From the NCBI GenBank assembly GCA_016748015.1, contig JAAOMT010000446.1, positions 1,752 through 65,751 of the forward strand: a stretch of DNA of 64,000 nt, given 5' to 3'. Position numbers and translations under genes: made by a program. Below, piece after piece: positions 28,001 to 47,300 of the stretch (within the stretch, counting starts at the first letter, position 1; the number at the start of each line of letters is the position of its first letter). The notes below the pieces were generated by a model that saw only the letters and a list, made by a program, of their open reading frames with translations, had not been told where the DNA came from and did not search any database. This DNA is from Geosiphon pyriformis uo1 (Eukaryota; Fungi; Glomeromycota).

Positions 28001-28887
28001 AAAAAATGATTCAAGTGAAAATAAAATATATTCAATAATAGTTTAAATAGTGTTTTTGATAATGTGTTTTGTCTTACACAAACTCATCCCAAAAATAAAA
28101 CTGAAGTATTCAATTCAACTCGGCTTTATTCGTATTCCCTATATTTGATTCAATCCTCCGAATACGAACATAGCCCAATCTTATTTTAATAAATGAATGA
28201 TTCACCCAAATTCTCAATTCAAAAATAATTAATAATAAGGGGATTTTCACTTAATTATATTTTATAACCATTTTCTGTAACCCATTAAATTTATTTTATG
28301 CTTTCAATGATTCAGTGAAAAAAAATTCCTACTTTGACAAAATCATTCGTATCATCCTTGAATAATGAAGAAATGGCAAACATTGATTCCTGTCCGAGAT
28401 CAAGCTCTTTTTTGCAAGCTACTAGAAAGTGGTATACACTTTTTTGATTGGTCTTAACATGAGTGCTACTAGGTTTCGTTAGGCTTGGAGGTTGACAAAA
28501 CTCTACTGGTATTAGAACCAGTGGTTCCATAGCATTAAACAAAGCACATAGTGGATAGCCGAGGCGAAAAGTTTGCCACAGGAGAGTCACTGGGTCATTT
28601 TGAACGTGACCGTTTGACAAAGATTCTGAATTTGATGTTCCAGCTGTAGAAGTGTTATTTTGTATATTGTTTCGCCCTTGTTCTAGATAATCATCGAAAC
28701 CATCAACACAATAAAGTCTTTCCAATAGTTCTAGACATGACTGATATAGAGATTGTGAGGCTTGAGCTGGTCTGTTAAGCGTATTAGCACCAGTAGGACT
28801 TGGCGTATCAATCGAAGATATCGAAAGGGCCCCAACATTTGGAAATTGATTTAAACTGGGAGAACGTTTGATTAATCCCTTGCTCAT
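25014..28887 (-). CDS. CDC24: Cdc42 GEF Cdc24/Scd1 (CH-DH-PH-PB1), multi-exon
   Basis: DPVTLLWQTFRLGYPLCALFN (CH), ELLETERKYVQDME and LIKPIQRICKYPLLL (DH), EREYHVYLFERILLCCKE and LQLKGRI (PH), IKYQDEDGDLVTINSDEDV (PB1). Confidence 0.95.
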
Positions 28888-30005
28888 TGTTAATGATTAC
28901 CGCTGGTTTTCCAATGTTGTGTATTAATACACAACTTTGGAGCTGGTGAGTCTCAGAGAAATGGTAAACTTCTTAAAGATTTACTGATAGCTTTGGTTAG
29001 CTTTCAGTTTTTATGAAAAGAAAAAGTGGTTTGGAAGGAACTTGAAATAAAAGCTTTTTCAGTTTCTTTTCTTAGCTCTTTAAGTCGTTTAACCTCTTAA
29101 GAGTGGGTTAGGGTGAACGGAATTTGAGATGGATACTGTTGGCGGTAAGAAGACGTCTCGCCAGCGAGCGGTTTTTCGGGGTTAATTTCCAAAAGTTGAA
29201 AGTTGGTAGAGATTTGTATTAAGAGAGGCAAGTATACTTTATTGAGATATTTATTGAAAGTTTATGAACAGAAGTATAAGGTAGGTGGTGATACCCGTTG
29301 ATGTAAGACAAACCAAAGCAACCCGTCACACTACTTTCCACCCAAGTAGCTTGCAAATAACAATACATTTTTTTTTATCCAATGGCCGAAAATGGGATCG
29401 ACAATCAAGCAATTTGAACTTACTGAATTAGATTGTCAATGTAACAGGCTTTAAAATGGTGACAATGGTTCGCCCAGCACTCGTGGATTTCCCAATTTTT
29501 CATGATATTATCAATTTTCATATTTCTAAAAAACAAAGAGAAAATTGGACACCTGACCCGCCGGAAAGTATGAAATTTTAATTTCCAATTGCCAATTCGT
29601 TATCTTTTAAATTTAATTGTTTGATTGTTTTTTCACCACGAAATTGTAGACTCCAACTTTGAAAAGTTTCTTGCGTGATAACAATTATTACAAATTAGGG
29701 GTAACATATTAGAATTTGATCAAATAATGTGATGGTGATGACGCAAATCTTTTTGTCAGACACAGGAGGAATTATGTAAAACGTTTCCCCCTCTGTGAAA
29801 TCAAATTATTTATCTTAAATTAATGCTCGAACTGATCATTTAATTTTGCGTTGTATGAAACAATGGTAGCTTGATTGGCTCCTGATAAGAATACTTTTCT
29901 CGCATCACTTTTTGTGATCTAACAGATTAACTATTGCCGCAGATTATGAATCTTTATATACGCGCAGTTACAGCGTAGCTAACGTTCGCTTTTTGAAACT
30001 TCCAC

Positions 30006-37218
<7,213 letters not shown>

Positions 37219-38103
37219 TATATAATATCCTTGTACACTGTCTCTTTCATAAAAATTCTTGAGTTTCTTAGCTTAGGAACTATGTTAGTTTTGTATTCAA
37301 AAGAAAGTATATTTATGAATTTAGATATCACAAGCTGAATGTACCTAATATTTGTGTGAATTTCTGAAATCAATATTAAATTCGAATTCGATAATGATGT
37401 TCATGAATAGTGTGGATATTTGACAGCGAAATTTATAATTTTGATGCTAAATTTAACTTGAAAATGGTTAATGAGAAATATTTGCTAAGAACAATCAAGT
37501 AAAATAATTGATTACAAACGCAATCTAAAATTTTTATTGTGTTTTAAAATTATAATATTATCAAATTGATAAAATCAACCATTTTAAATCAATAATTAGT
37601 ATTTAAAAATTTAAAAAAATAAATAGAAAATATTTTAATAAAACTCAAAAATAAATCACAAAGTTTAAAATTGATGAATAAATTCTATTAAAAATTGGTA
37701 AAAAATTATAAACTAAAATTAATTTTAATTGATAAAAGGTCATAAATAAAAAAAATTTCTATAATTAAATTTTATTAATTTATTTATACAAATGCTTTAA
37801 TAAAATATAATTTAACTACTATTTACATATTTATAATAGCATAAATTATGTATTTTTACATATAACTAATTACTTAAACTTATATTAAGACTACTTTAAT
37901 ATATGTACTTTAAATAAATTACTTGTTTTTATTTTTAATATTATTGTTTAAAACTTTATTATTTTAAGCATAGTTGTTTTAATGGCTTTTTTGTTGTTTT
38001 TAACTATATTATTTTATAAATTTTACAAGATTAATATTTAATTTTTATAATTTAATTAAACTTTTTTTTGTTTATTTTAAAAAAAAAAAAGGTTTTTTGT
38101 AGG

Positions 38104-38141
38104 TTTTTATTATTAAGTTTTATGAGTGCAGTCCAACCACT
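38104..38141 (-). mobile_element. Isolated ~38-nt LINE 3' tail (extreme 5' truncation or remnant)
   Basis: Reverse complement agtggttggactgcactcataaaacttaataataaaaa matches the end of the shared 3'UTR (agtggttggaccttgctcgttaaactctaataaaa). Confidence 0.65.
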
Positions 38142-38184
38142 TTTTTTTATTTTTATTTTACAATATATATATATCTATATATTA

Positions 38185-39451
38185 TTGTATGCTAGTCTCT
38201 AATCTAGTTACTTTGTTCATAAACAGTCAAGCTTTATTGGACATGTGTTGCTCATACAATAGTGTATTTAGTTCTAATTTTTACAATAAATACTGAATTG
38301 AGAAGGAATATATTCATTAGATTATTTCGAAAAAAAATTTGTCAGTTATGTAAAATAATGTCAAAGATTATTCTGGGAATATTGAAAATAAGCATGCTAA
38401 TTTCTATGCTAATGCTGTAATTAATTTTAAGTTTTCTTTGTTTTTGGTGGTTTTATGTTGTTTTCTCAATATTAAAGGCAGGTCTGTTTTCAGAAATGTT
38501 TGTTACTTTACTAAAAAATTGTTCAATACAGTTAATTTTATTGGGTGAGAAGCCAAATATATTGGTAGAATTGTAAATTTAAGTTTCTATATTAATTTTG
38601 ATATGACTAAGACTTTTAGTGTTTGGTATTCTAATAACAAGATATGATCTGGCTACACCAGCTCAGCATCAGTTATACTTTAGTTGTACTTTATGAAAGC
38701 ATTACATTATCGCTTACCAGTTGCTATAAGGGAAAAAAAATATAATCTAAAATATTTAAGCATTACTTGCATTAGATATGAGTTGATAAAAGACTCTAAT
38801 TATATATCCTCTTGTGCTTATAACAGTGAAGTTAAAGATGAGATATTGTCAGACACTGCTCTGGAGTGGAATGTGTTGTTAAGAGCTTTAGCTAAAGGGA
38901 ATGTAGTTGTTTAATTCTTAGATAAGACTGTTTTATCTGTTGATTTGTATATGGTACTGGCTAAGAGATTTGTTCTAAAGGATTGGGTGGCTAATATGGC
39001 CCACTATTTGGGTGCTGGTTCTGATAGTGGTGCAATAGTTGTTAAGTTAGTTTATTGTTTTGCTGAGAAACACTAATCTGCTATTTGATTACCTACAGCT
39101 AAGCTAAAATCCTACTATAAAAAACATGACTTTTTGCCACATAATGAATCTCCTATTTCTTCAGTGTCTGGTTTGTTAACCTTGTAGTCTAATAAAATAA
39201 TTCACAGTTTTAGTATTAGATTAAGTATTCATGTCTGCTTTGGTTTGTATTCCTGCTTATTCAGATTGGATTTTGGTTTTTTAAATAACATTTCCATAAT
39301 AAGTAGTTTAGATATATAGTGCTGTTTTGATTGGTTTGAGTGGCTGGTCATGTGTAGAAAGAGCATAAACCATATTTAATTTAGGATCTGTCTTGATTTT
39401 ATGTACTTAAGTAGTGGTTAGGCTGTACTTGTAAAACTTTAATAAAAAAAA
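38185..39451 (+). mobile_element. 5'-truncated degenerate LINE (RNase H C-terminal half, zinc finger, 3'UTR, poly(A))
   Basis: LFINSQALL (SDSQ-like), N.HANFYA, GYTS...YFMKALHYRLPVA; stop ~39317-39319, then the shared 3'UTR and A-tail. Confidence 0.85.
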
Positions 39452-40040
39452 TATATATTATTGCAAAAAACTCTTTTGTTAATCTTAATATAATAAACTT
39501 TAAACAAAATATTAAAAATATAATAAAATTTTTTAAAACATTAAACTTTAATATACTTAATAATAATAATAATAATAATAATCTTAAAATAATCTTAAGT
39601 GGTTTTTTATTATTATTTAAGAAAAAATTATGTTTTTTATTAGAAAATTTTTTGTAGTTATAAAAAAAATTTATTTCAAAAAAATAGTAAATAAAAAAAA
39701 TTATTTGTATTAATAAAAAGACAAACATATATCACATTATTATAAAAGGGGGAGAAAGAGAAATTCAAAATTTTATGTCTCATATAATTTTATATGGCAT
39801 GTGATTTTGGATTTTTATTAGCTAATTAGAATATAGAAATGCAGTCTAATTTATGGTACATAAATTGAACTTTTGGTATGCTGAATTTCCTGTGTTTATC
39901 ATATAACTATATCCATTGCAAAATCTCTGGTGTTAATTTGTAGGAGTTTTATAAATATAAAACTTGTTGTATTGTAGTGTAGTTAGAAAAGCTTGCATAT
40001 TAGGAGAGTTTAGCAATAAATGAAATCAAAAATATAATAT

Positions 40041-40145
40041 TAAAGATGCAATAGATCAGAAAATAAAAGACATGAATAAAAGATGCACTAGATCAGAAAA
40101 TAAAAGATGTGCTAGATTAGGAGATAAAAGACATATTAGATTAAA
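40041..40145 (+). repeat. ~24 bp minisatellite (aaagatgcactagatcagaaaata-like, ~4 copies)
   Basis: Visible tandem units. Confidence 0.8.
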
Positions 40146-40973
40146 TATAAATTTATAATCATTTTATATAAATAGGACAATATAATAAGTTGAGATGTTT
40201 AGACTAGTATATTTTTATAATAATTTCGATCATAATTTTGATCATATTTATTATATAAGTTTGATCATATTATGTCATATATTTTTAGTGCATGTATTTA
40301 TAATTGTGTATTATAAATAGCATATTATTATAATGTAAGATAACATTATTATGGAATGTTTAATTACATATCTTACCAGAGAAAGGGAAAAATGGTCCTA
40401 TAGTAATCAATAATGATGTATATATATTTATCTTCTAATTGGTTTAAAAAGTTTTTATTCTTTTAAAGTTTTAGAAAATTAACAAATTAATATTTATTTT
40501 TAAATTAAATTTAATTGTAAAAAGTTTTAGTTGTAAAAAATAATTTGATTTTAAATATTAATTTTAAGTGTATAATTATTTAATTAAATTAAAAAATATT
40601 TATTAAAAAATTATAATTAATACTTCAAAAAACTGTAATTTTAATGTTAATTGAATTTAATAAAATTAAGTTAATTAAATTGTAATTAATAAGTTTTTAA
40701 TTAAAAATTAATAGAATTGCCAAATTAATTTAATTATATAGTTTTAATATGATCTATTTTAATACTATATATATTGTTAAAGTTAATATAAACAAAAAAT
40801 TTTGAATTAAAAAAATGTGTATTATATATTATTATATATTTTATTAATAAATATTAATGTTTATAATCTTAAAAAAATTTTGAATTTTATAAATAAAAAA
40901 ACTTGTATTATTAATAAAAATTTTTTAATTTATATATAATATACATTAAAGAAAAACATAAAAAAAGTTATGT

Positions 40974-43256
40974 ACTCTTTGTCTCCTTAATTTTAGGATC
41001 ACAACCAGAGCAAAGAGTAAAAAAGCTGCATCTAATATCTGTCCTAAGATATCTAATAAAATTTCAACTAGAGGAGCTTTCTTTGTTGTAGAAACAACTA
41101 GGCAAAATGTTTTGGAAGTCTTTTTCTTACCCAGTAATTGTGATAAGCTGCCTTTGGTAGCCGCTAAAGCAACTTTTTTATCTTTGGCTGGTTTCTCATC
41201 AGTCAAAGTCCCCTCAAAGAGACACATCTGAGTTAGTCTCAGTGTTGCCTCCACTCCAACCAAGAGCCCAAAAGTTTTTAATAATAGACCAGTGAATAAG
41301 CTGGTTTTCCCTTCTATAGATTCTACACCTGGTGTTTCTAGTACCACCTCTTCAAAAAAAATGATCAAAAAGACCAAAAGTTCAGAAAAGTGGGAACAGT
41401 CACTTGTTTCTGCTATTGTTACACCGAACTCCTTTGTGATTCCCAATGAAATTTTAGATGAGATCTTCATAGCATCATCCAGCACATCATCCAAGATGGG
41501 CCAAGATCAACCACTGACTGTATTGTCAAATATGGTGTCTTCTGGCAAATTATCACCAGTTGTGGAAGCAAAACAATCTCCTTCTGTTGGATCACCTGTT
41601 CTTGGGAACTGGGCTGATCAAATGGAAACTGATTCATCTCCTCCTCTAGTTTCTGGTGTTACTTCTGGTAATGCTTGGAAAACTATTACTAGTCATCAAA
41701 GATTTGCTGAGTGAGTGGCCTCCACTCTGGTGTCTTGTGTTACTTTTAAGATCAAATTGGTTTATGTTAAGACTGTTTTTCAGTCTGTGCATGGTTTCTT
41801 AGGTGCTAAATCTGTTTTAAAAGACAATGTGAAGCTTTTCTGTATGGAGTTTGCTTCTCAACAGTCTTTGGAAGCTGCGTTTCTGGTTGAGCTTACAAGC
41901 TCTGTTCATTTGACCACTCTCAAAATTGCCAAGTCTTTGGTGGTTTCTGAATCTGGTTCCTCTCCTGCTGTTGTTGCACTGCGTGATGTACCTTTGGATG
42001 TGTCTGCTGCTGACGTTAAGTTGGCTCTCAGTGTTTTTGGTAGTGTTACTCATGTTGTACTAAAGCCTGCTGGCATTTAGCAGTATGTGGTGGTTTATTT
42101 TTAAAAGTTGGACTCTGTTGTGTCTGTCTTAAAGCATTGGTCAGTCTTGATGGGCAAAGATAGTGTTAGAATCCTCCCTTTGGTAAATCAAAATGAGACT
42201 ATTTTGTCTTGTGATAAGTTTAAGGCCAAATTGGTTAACCTTCCTCCTAGTTGTACCACCTTTGAAATCAGTGATATGATTTCTCAGATTGGTGGTCGAA
42301 CATGTTTCATCCCTTATTCTCCTAATTCTGGTTGTTGTTCCCAGTTTGCTTTGGTTACATTTGAATTTCAAGGTGATTTGGATTCTGCTGTAGTCAAAAC
42401 TGGTACTCTAAGGAAATGCCATATCTGGTGGGAAACTTCTGGCTGCTGGCACTGCTTTAGGTGTCAAAAAATGGGCCATCTGGCTGTGGATTGCAAGATT
42501 TTCTTACCTCCTACTCTCAAAGTTCCCAAGGTCTTCAAGTCTCATTTTGTGGGTGGTGTTTCTTATGCAAAAGCTTCTGCTTCTCTAGATTCTTCTGAGT
42601 TTCCTCCCTTGGCAGCTTCTACTTCCCCTTCTATGGTTGTTGGTGATTTCTTAGTGTCTTCCTGGTTGGCTTCTTTGGAATCTGATTTGGTCAAGCTTTC
42701 TACTTTGGTTGAGTCTATTGTTAAACCAGTTGGTTTCTTGGTCAAATTATTTGAGCAATTTATTAATGGAGATTTGGTCTTAAGCAGTAAACTTGGCCTT
42801 AAGGTCAATGAGGTTATGGTATATATGGGTTCTTTTAGTAAGATTGTTAGTAAGTTGGGGAGGGAAGTGGTTTCTTTAAAGAAAAAATGCTGCATGGAGG
42901 ATATTGATATGTCTGGTGATTCAGAGCATCCAGTTGATTTGAATGATGAGGTGTTTTCTAACTTGCTGTCCCTTTGGGAACATAAGCCTATTGATGTTAA
43001 AACTGATGTCTTAAAAACAGCTGAATGGCTGGTTGGATTGGTTTCTTGTAGTGCAACTCTGTTTTTTGTTATTCAAAAGATGTCATTTTTGGGTAAGTTT
43101 TCTTCTAGTGCATCAATGTAGTATAGCTTAAACTGGCTCGAATAGCTGATTACATGTAGAAAATGCATGAACTACATCTAATTTAAGACCCTACGTAGTC
43201 TTATTGTATTAGATAGTGGTTGGGCCTTGCTTGTTAAACTCTAATAAAAAAAAAAA
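40974..43256 (+). mobile_element. Non-autonomous ORF1-only LINE derivative (HAL1-like), copy B, degenerate
   Basis: Colinear with 5567-7848 over the whole length. Start codon mutated to AGG (40995). ORF1 ends at TAG 43119-43121, with knuckle CFRCQKMGHLAVDC, then the 3'UTR and A-tail 43243-43256. No ORF2. Confidence 0.88.
43120..43245 (+). other. Structured 3' cis-RNA element of the LINE/half-LINE family (representative copy; others at 5580-5703 -, 39318-39440 +, 44340-44462 -, 61556-61675 +)
   Basis: Four helices read by eye, with compensatory changes between copies (see findings). Confidence 0.7.
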
Positions 43257-44324
43257 TATATAATATTAATATATAATAATTTGCTTTAAATTACTAATTT
43301 TAAAAAATTTAAATATTGTTTTAAATTATATTGAATTCAATTTTTTTAAGTATATTATTTATAATTATCATAATTATATAACTTTAAATCTAATTTTGTT
43401 AATTTATTTTTTTATATTTATGTTAAAAAATTTGTTGTTTAATTGATTTTAACAATAAAACTTAAATATTAATAATTATTAAAAATTTAAATAAGAATAA
43501 TTTTATTTTTGGTTTTTTTAAATTTGGCTTTTTCTTTAATAATATTAATTAATTTTGGTTTTAAGAATAAACAAAATCAAAAAAATTATAAGCTGTTAAT
43601 AAATTAAATAAATAAATTTATTAAATAATTATTTTTTGCTTATTAAAATTAATATTAAATTTTTGGTTTCTTTGTTAATTTTTTTTTATTAGTTTTTATT
43701 TCTGTTTTAATATTAAATAAAAATGTAAAAATAGGTTTGAATTTTTTTAAAAATAAAGTTAAAAAGTTTTTTAAAAACTTTTAGAAATTTATTATATAAA
43801 TAAAATTTTTTGAGAATAATTATTTATTTTATTTATAAATAGTTTAATCTGAATATTGCTATATATAATATAAAAAAATAAATAATTATACAAAACAGAA
43901 AAATATTATCGAATAATACAGAAATAAAATTAATTTTTTTTATTTTTATTAAAACAAAGTTAAAAAATTAGACTAAGTTATAAATTATAAATAAATTTAT
44001 TACTATTAAAATTTTTGTTTTGAATATAAATATTAATTATTTAAGTTTAAAAACTGTTATTATTTTTAATAACATGATTAATAAACATATATATAAAATA
44101 TTTAAGATAAAAAACAGACTTTTATTAAACTTTTTATTATTAATTTAAAATTATATTTTAATATTAAAGTTTTATTACAAAATTTATTAATTTTGTTATT
44201 TTTAAAGCTAATTTTTTTACTAATTTTATGATTTAAATATGTTTATTTAATTATAAATTTAATTTAATATAATCAAATAAAAAAACAATAAAATTATTAT
44301 TATTTATTTAAATAAAATTTTTTA

Positions 44325-47300
44325 TTATTATTATTTTGGTTTAATGAGTATGGACCAATTGCTATTTAGAAAACATGTAATATATACACATTACAAAGCT
44401 AAATGCAATTCACGTGCTTACAATATGTGACCAGCCACTCAGACCAGTTTAGGCTACAATACAAATTAGCCATCACTGATATCATACCCCCCATATCCAA
44501 AAAAATCTGACAACTAATACACAGACCAGAATATATTTCTCTGGTTTTATTTACACTAAGCAATCTGACAACTTCAACACTCAACCTATCTTTAACAATA
44601 TCCACTAAATGCAACACACTGTTATTAGCAACTATTTTTTTTGCCTTTTCCATGGACAATCAGTGATTAGATCTCTCATATTATATTACAGATCTGTGCA
44701 ATGAAGCCAGGTCCCTGACAAAATCAATCACTATTGCACCAGCCACAACAAAGCAACCAAGAGCATCTAAAGCCTTACAGTACCAGTCACTCAACACGAA
44801 GTCTTTAGCCAACATGGAATAAAACTCAGCATTACTCACACCAAAAGATAGGTTTTATATTATTATAAAAGAAGAAACAATAACATTAGACAGTAATGAC
44901 TATTTTACACAAAACCCAGACAAGATTTCATTATAAGCCAACATATCAGAGAAGCACACAAAAGAATGTTCAAATGTGTCAACCTTATCACAAAACAGAC
45001 ACTTGACACTAGGATAAAAAATGTAGTATATATACTTATGAGCTGCTACAGGAAAACAGCCATGTAATGATTTTATAAAATATGACCTCAAAGCTGCCAA
45101 CTGACAGCTCGTATAGCCAGAAGCCATGTGACTATTAGAGTGCCAGACTGCAAAGGTTCTCTTTCAATCTACTAAATTGACCTTATAAGTATCACTGATT
45201 TTGGAACCAAACTCATTTTTCCAATTTGTTCGATATAATGTTTGAAAAAAGTCTGTAACATAGTGTCTAATGTTGCAAGATAGCACCAGATCACCCAATT
45301 TTAAAAAAAACTTATTGACATAAGTAGGAAATGAGGCATCATACCAGCAGGCATCCGAAGTGATCTTATCAGCATATACGTTTTCTAGGATGTCAGAATG
45401 GCCTTTAACTTTGAGCCATGTTACAGCAAGTGACTTCCTCCTAATAAAGTTGACTATCTGTTTATGTTCCATCTATAAATTTTTTTTAAAATCAGGACAA
45501 GCCAAAAGCAATTCATCTGAACAAGCAAAAAGAGCCGTCTGGCTATCAGAGTGAATAAAAACACTACTATCTGAAAGAACACAGGTGAGTACAAGAGCAA
45601 TAGCTTTGAGTTCCACTAAAGTAGATGACATGACCTCCTGAACTTTCACACCAATACCAAGGCCCAACTTTGGAAAAAATGCAGCAGTCCCAGCTACAAC
45701 AAAACAAGAACCAAAATGTTTTACAGAACTGTCTGTAAACACATCAAATGAGACTAGACCAGAATTCAAAAGAATAGTTTGAGCCTCACTAATTGTGCCA
45801 GCGACAACAGGATTCACTGAATGGTCAACAGACATACATGGCCTGACATCAGCAGCTAGCAAATAAGCACCCAAAAAGCAAATGGCCAAGTCAAATCAGA
45901 CTGGGACAGGGCCACACAAATCCAACTGCTTCCAATGCTTAAAGCATTTCCAGTCGAAGCACTCACCCTTTTTGTTTAATAGTTGATCCATAAAAGTGAT
46001 TCCATAGTGCATCAGCAAACAGGCCACTCCGAAGAATACACTATCACCAAGAACTTCAGAGATTGGCATTCCAATAGAGTGATGAAAAGCTGTCAGTAAA
46101 ATAGAAAAGAACAGTCCACAGAATGAAAAAATTTTTACCATTCCAGCTAAAAAATTATCTCTAGAATTGACCTGCAATCTGATAAAATGACACAACAGAT
46201 AAACAGGTGACCAGCTGGCAACTTGCAAATCCAAACTCCAATGAATGAAAAGTCATCCCAAAATATCTGGAGCATTCACAAAATTAATAATGGATAATGA
46301 TTTACTTTCAGACTGTACTTGGGCGAATGTTTTGACACCATAAAATGAAGGATGTAACAATGCAATCATAAGAAAATCACGAAGGAGATGTGCCTTAAAT
46401 TTTAAGCCTCTCCTAATAATAGCATTCCATCTAAAGCAAATGGCACTAGAAATGAAACTAAACTGGATTCTGTAGCTGATAATAGGTTGCAGAACAGATG
46501 ACACCAGATAGCAGAATTGTTTATCAAATATAGCTTTGCGCAAAACCACATTTGAGAAAAAATGCACATCTGAATGCACCTTCAGCAAACTCGGCTTTGA
46601 AAGCCCTTTCATTGATAAAAAAATGCCCAAATAATGATGAGATTCACCCTTTTTGGCCACAGCAATTGGTGTGTCACTAATGGTCAAGAAAATGTCCTTT
46701 ACTTTTTGATTGAAAAGAATGGTGACAGTTTTTTCTGTGTTTATAGAAATATTATTGAGAACAAAAAACTCGCTTGCAACATCCAAAATACATTGGGTGG
46801 CAGCTTGACTACTGCCCACCCAGATTGTATCATCCACAAAAGCCCCAGCAGTAAAGAAAGATGTTATCTCTGCCTGTGATTCTACTCTGCCTGACTTAGC
46901 AACAAATCTCAAGTCAATTCTGTATCCACACAAGTGTTCTTGACTTTTGATTTCACACAAAAGAGGATCATAAAAGATTCTCCAAAGAAGTGGAGAAAAC
47001 ACTTCATTTTGGTCAAGTCTATCCAATACCTTATAACCATTAGAAAGGCCAAAATCTGTCATAATCCTGTTGGTTTTGTTTAAATAGATATTCTCAAAAA
47101 ATTTAATAAATCTATTGCATATTTTAATGTGTTTTAAACTAGACATTAGATGAAACCATCCTACAGAGTCATAAGCCTTCCACATGTCTTGTAATACCAT
47201 CCAAAGTTCCCTACTCTTTTCCAAGGCATTCTTTATAATTAATCCAATAACAAACACAGGCAACTGAGTTGAAGTATCTTTCAAGACTGAAAATTGTCAC

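Noticed and set aside
39399-39728. 109-aa hydrophobic ORF
   Set aside because: Low-complexity F/I/L/N/K product of AT-rich DNA overlapping the LINE tail
43120-43245. 3' element as a known self-cleaving ribozyme (hammerhead, hairpin, twister, pistol, HDV)
   Set aside because: No conserved CUGANGA/GAAA core, no hairpin loop A/B consensus across copies, and no twister or HDV signature by eye; left as an unclassified structured RNA
44399-44659. ORF extending through the LINE 3'UTR
   Set aside because: Read-through caused by loss of the ORF2 stop (TAG->TAT at ~44459-44461), judged from the other copies
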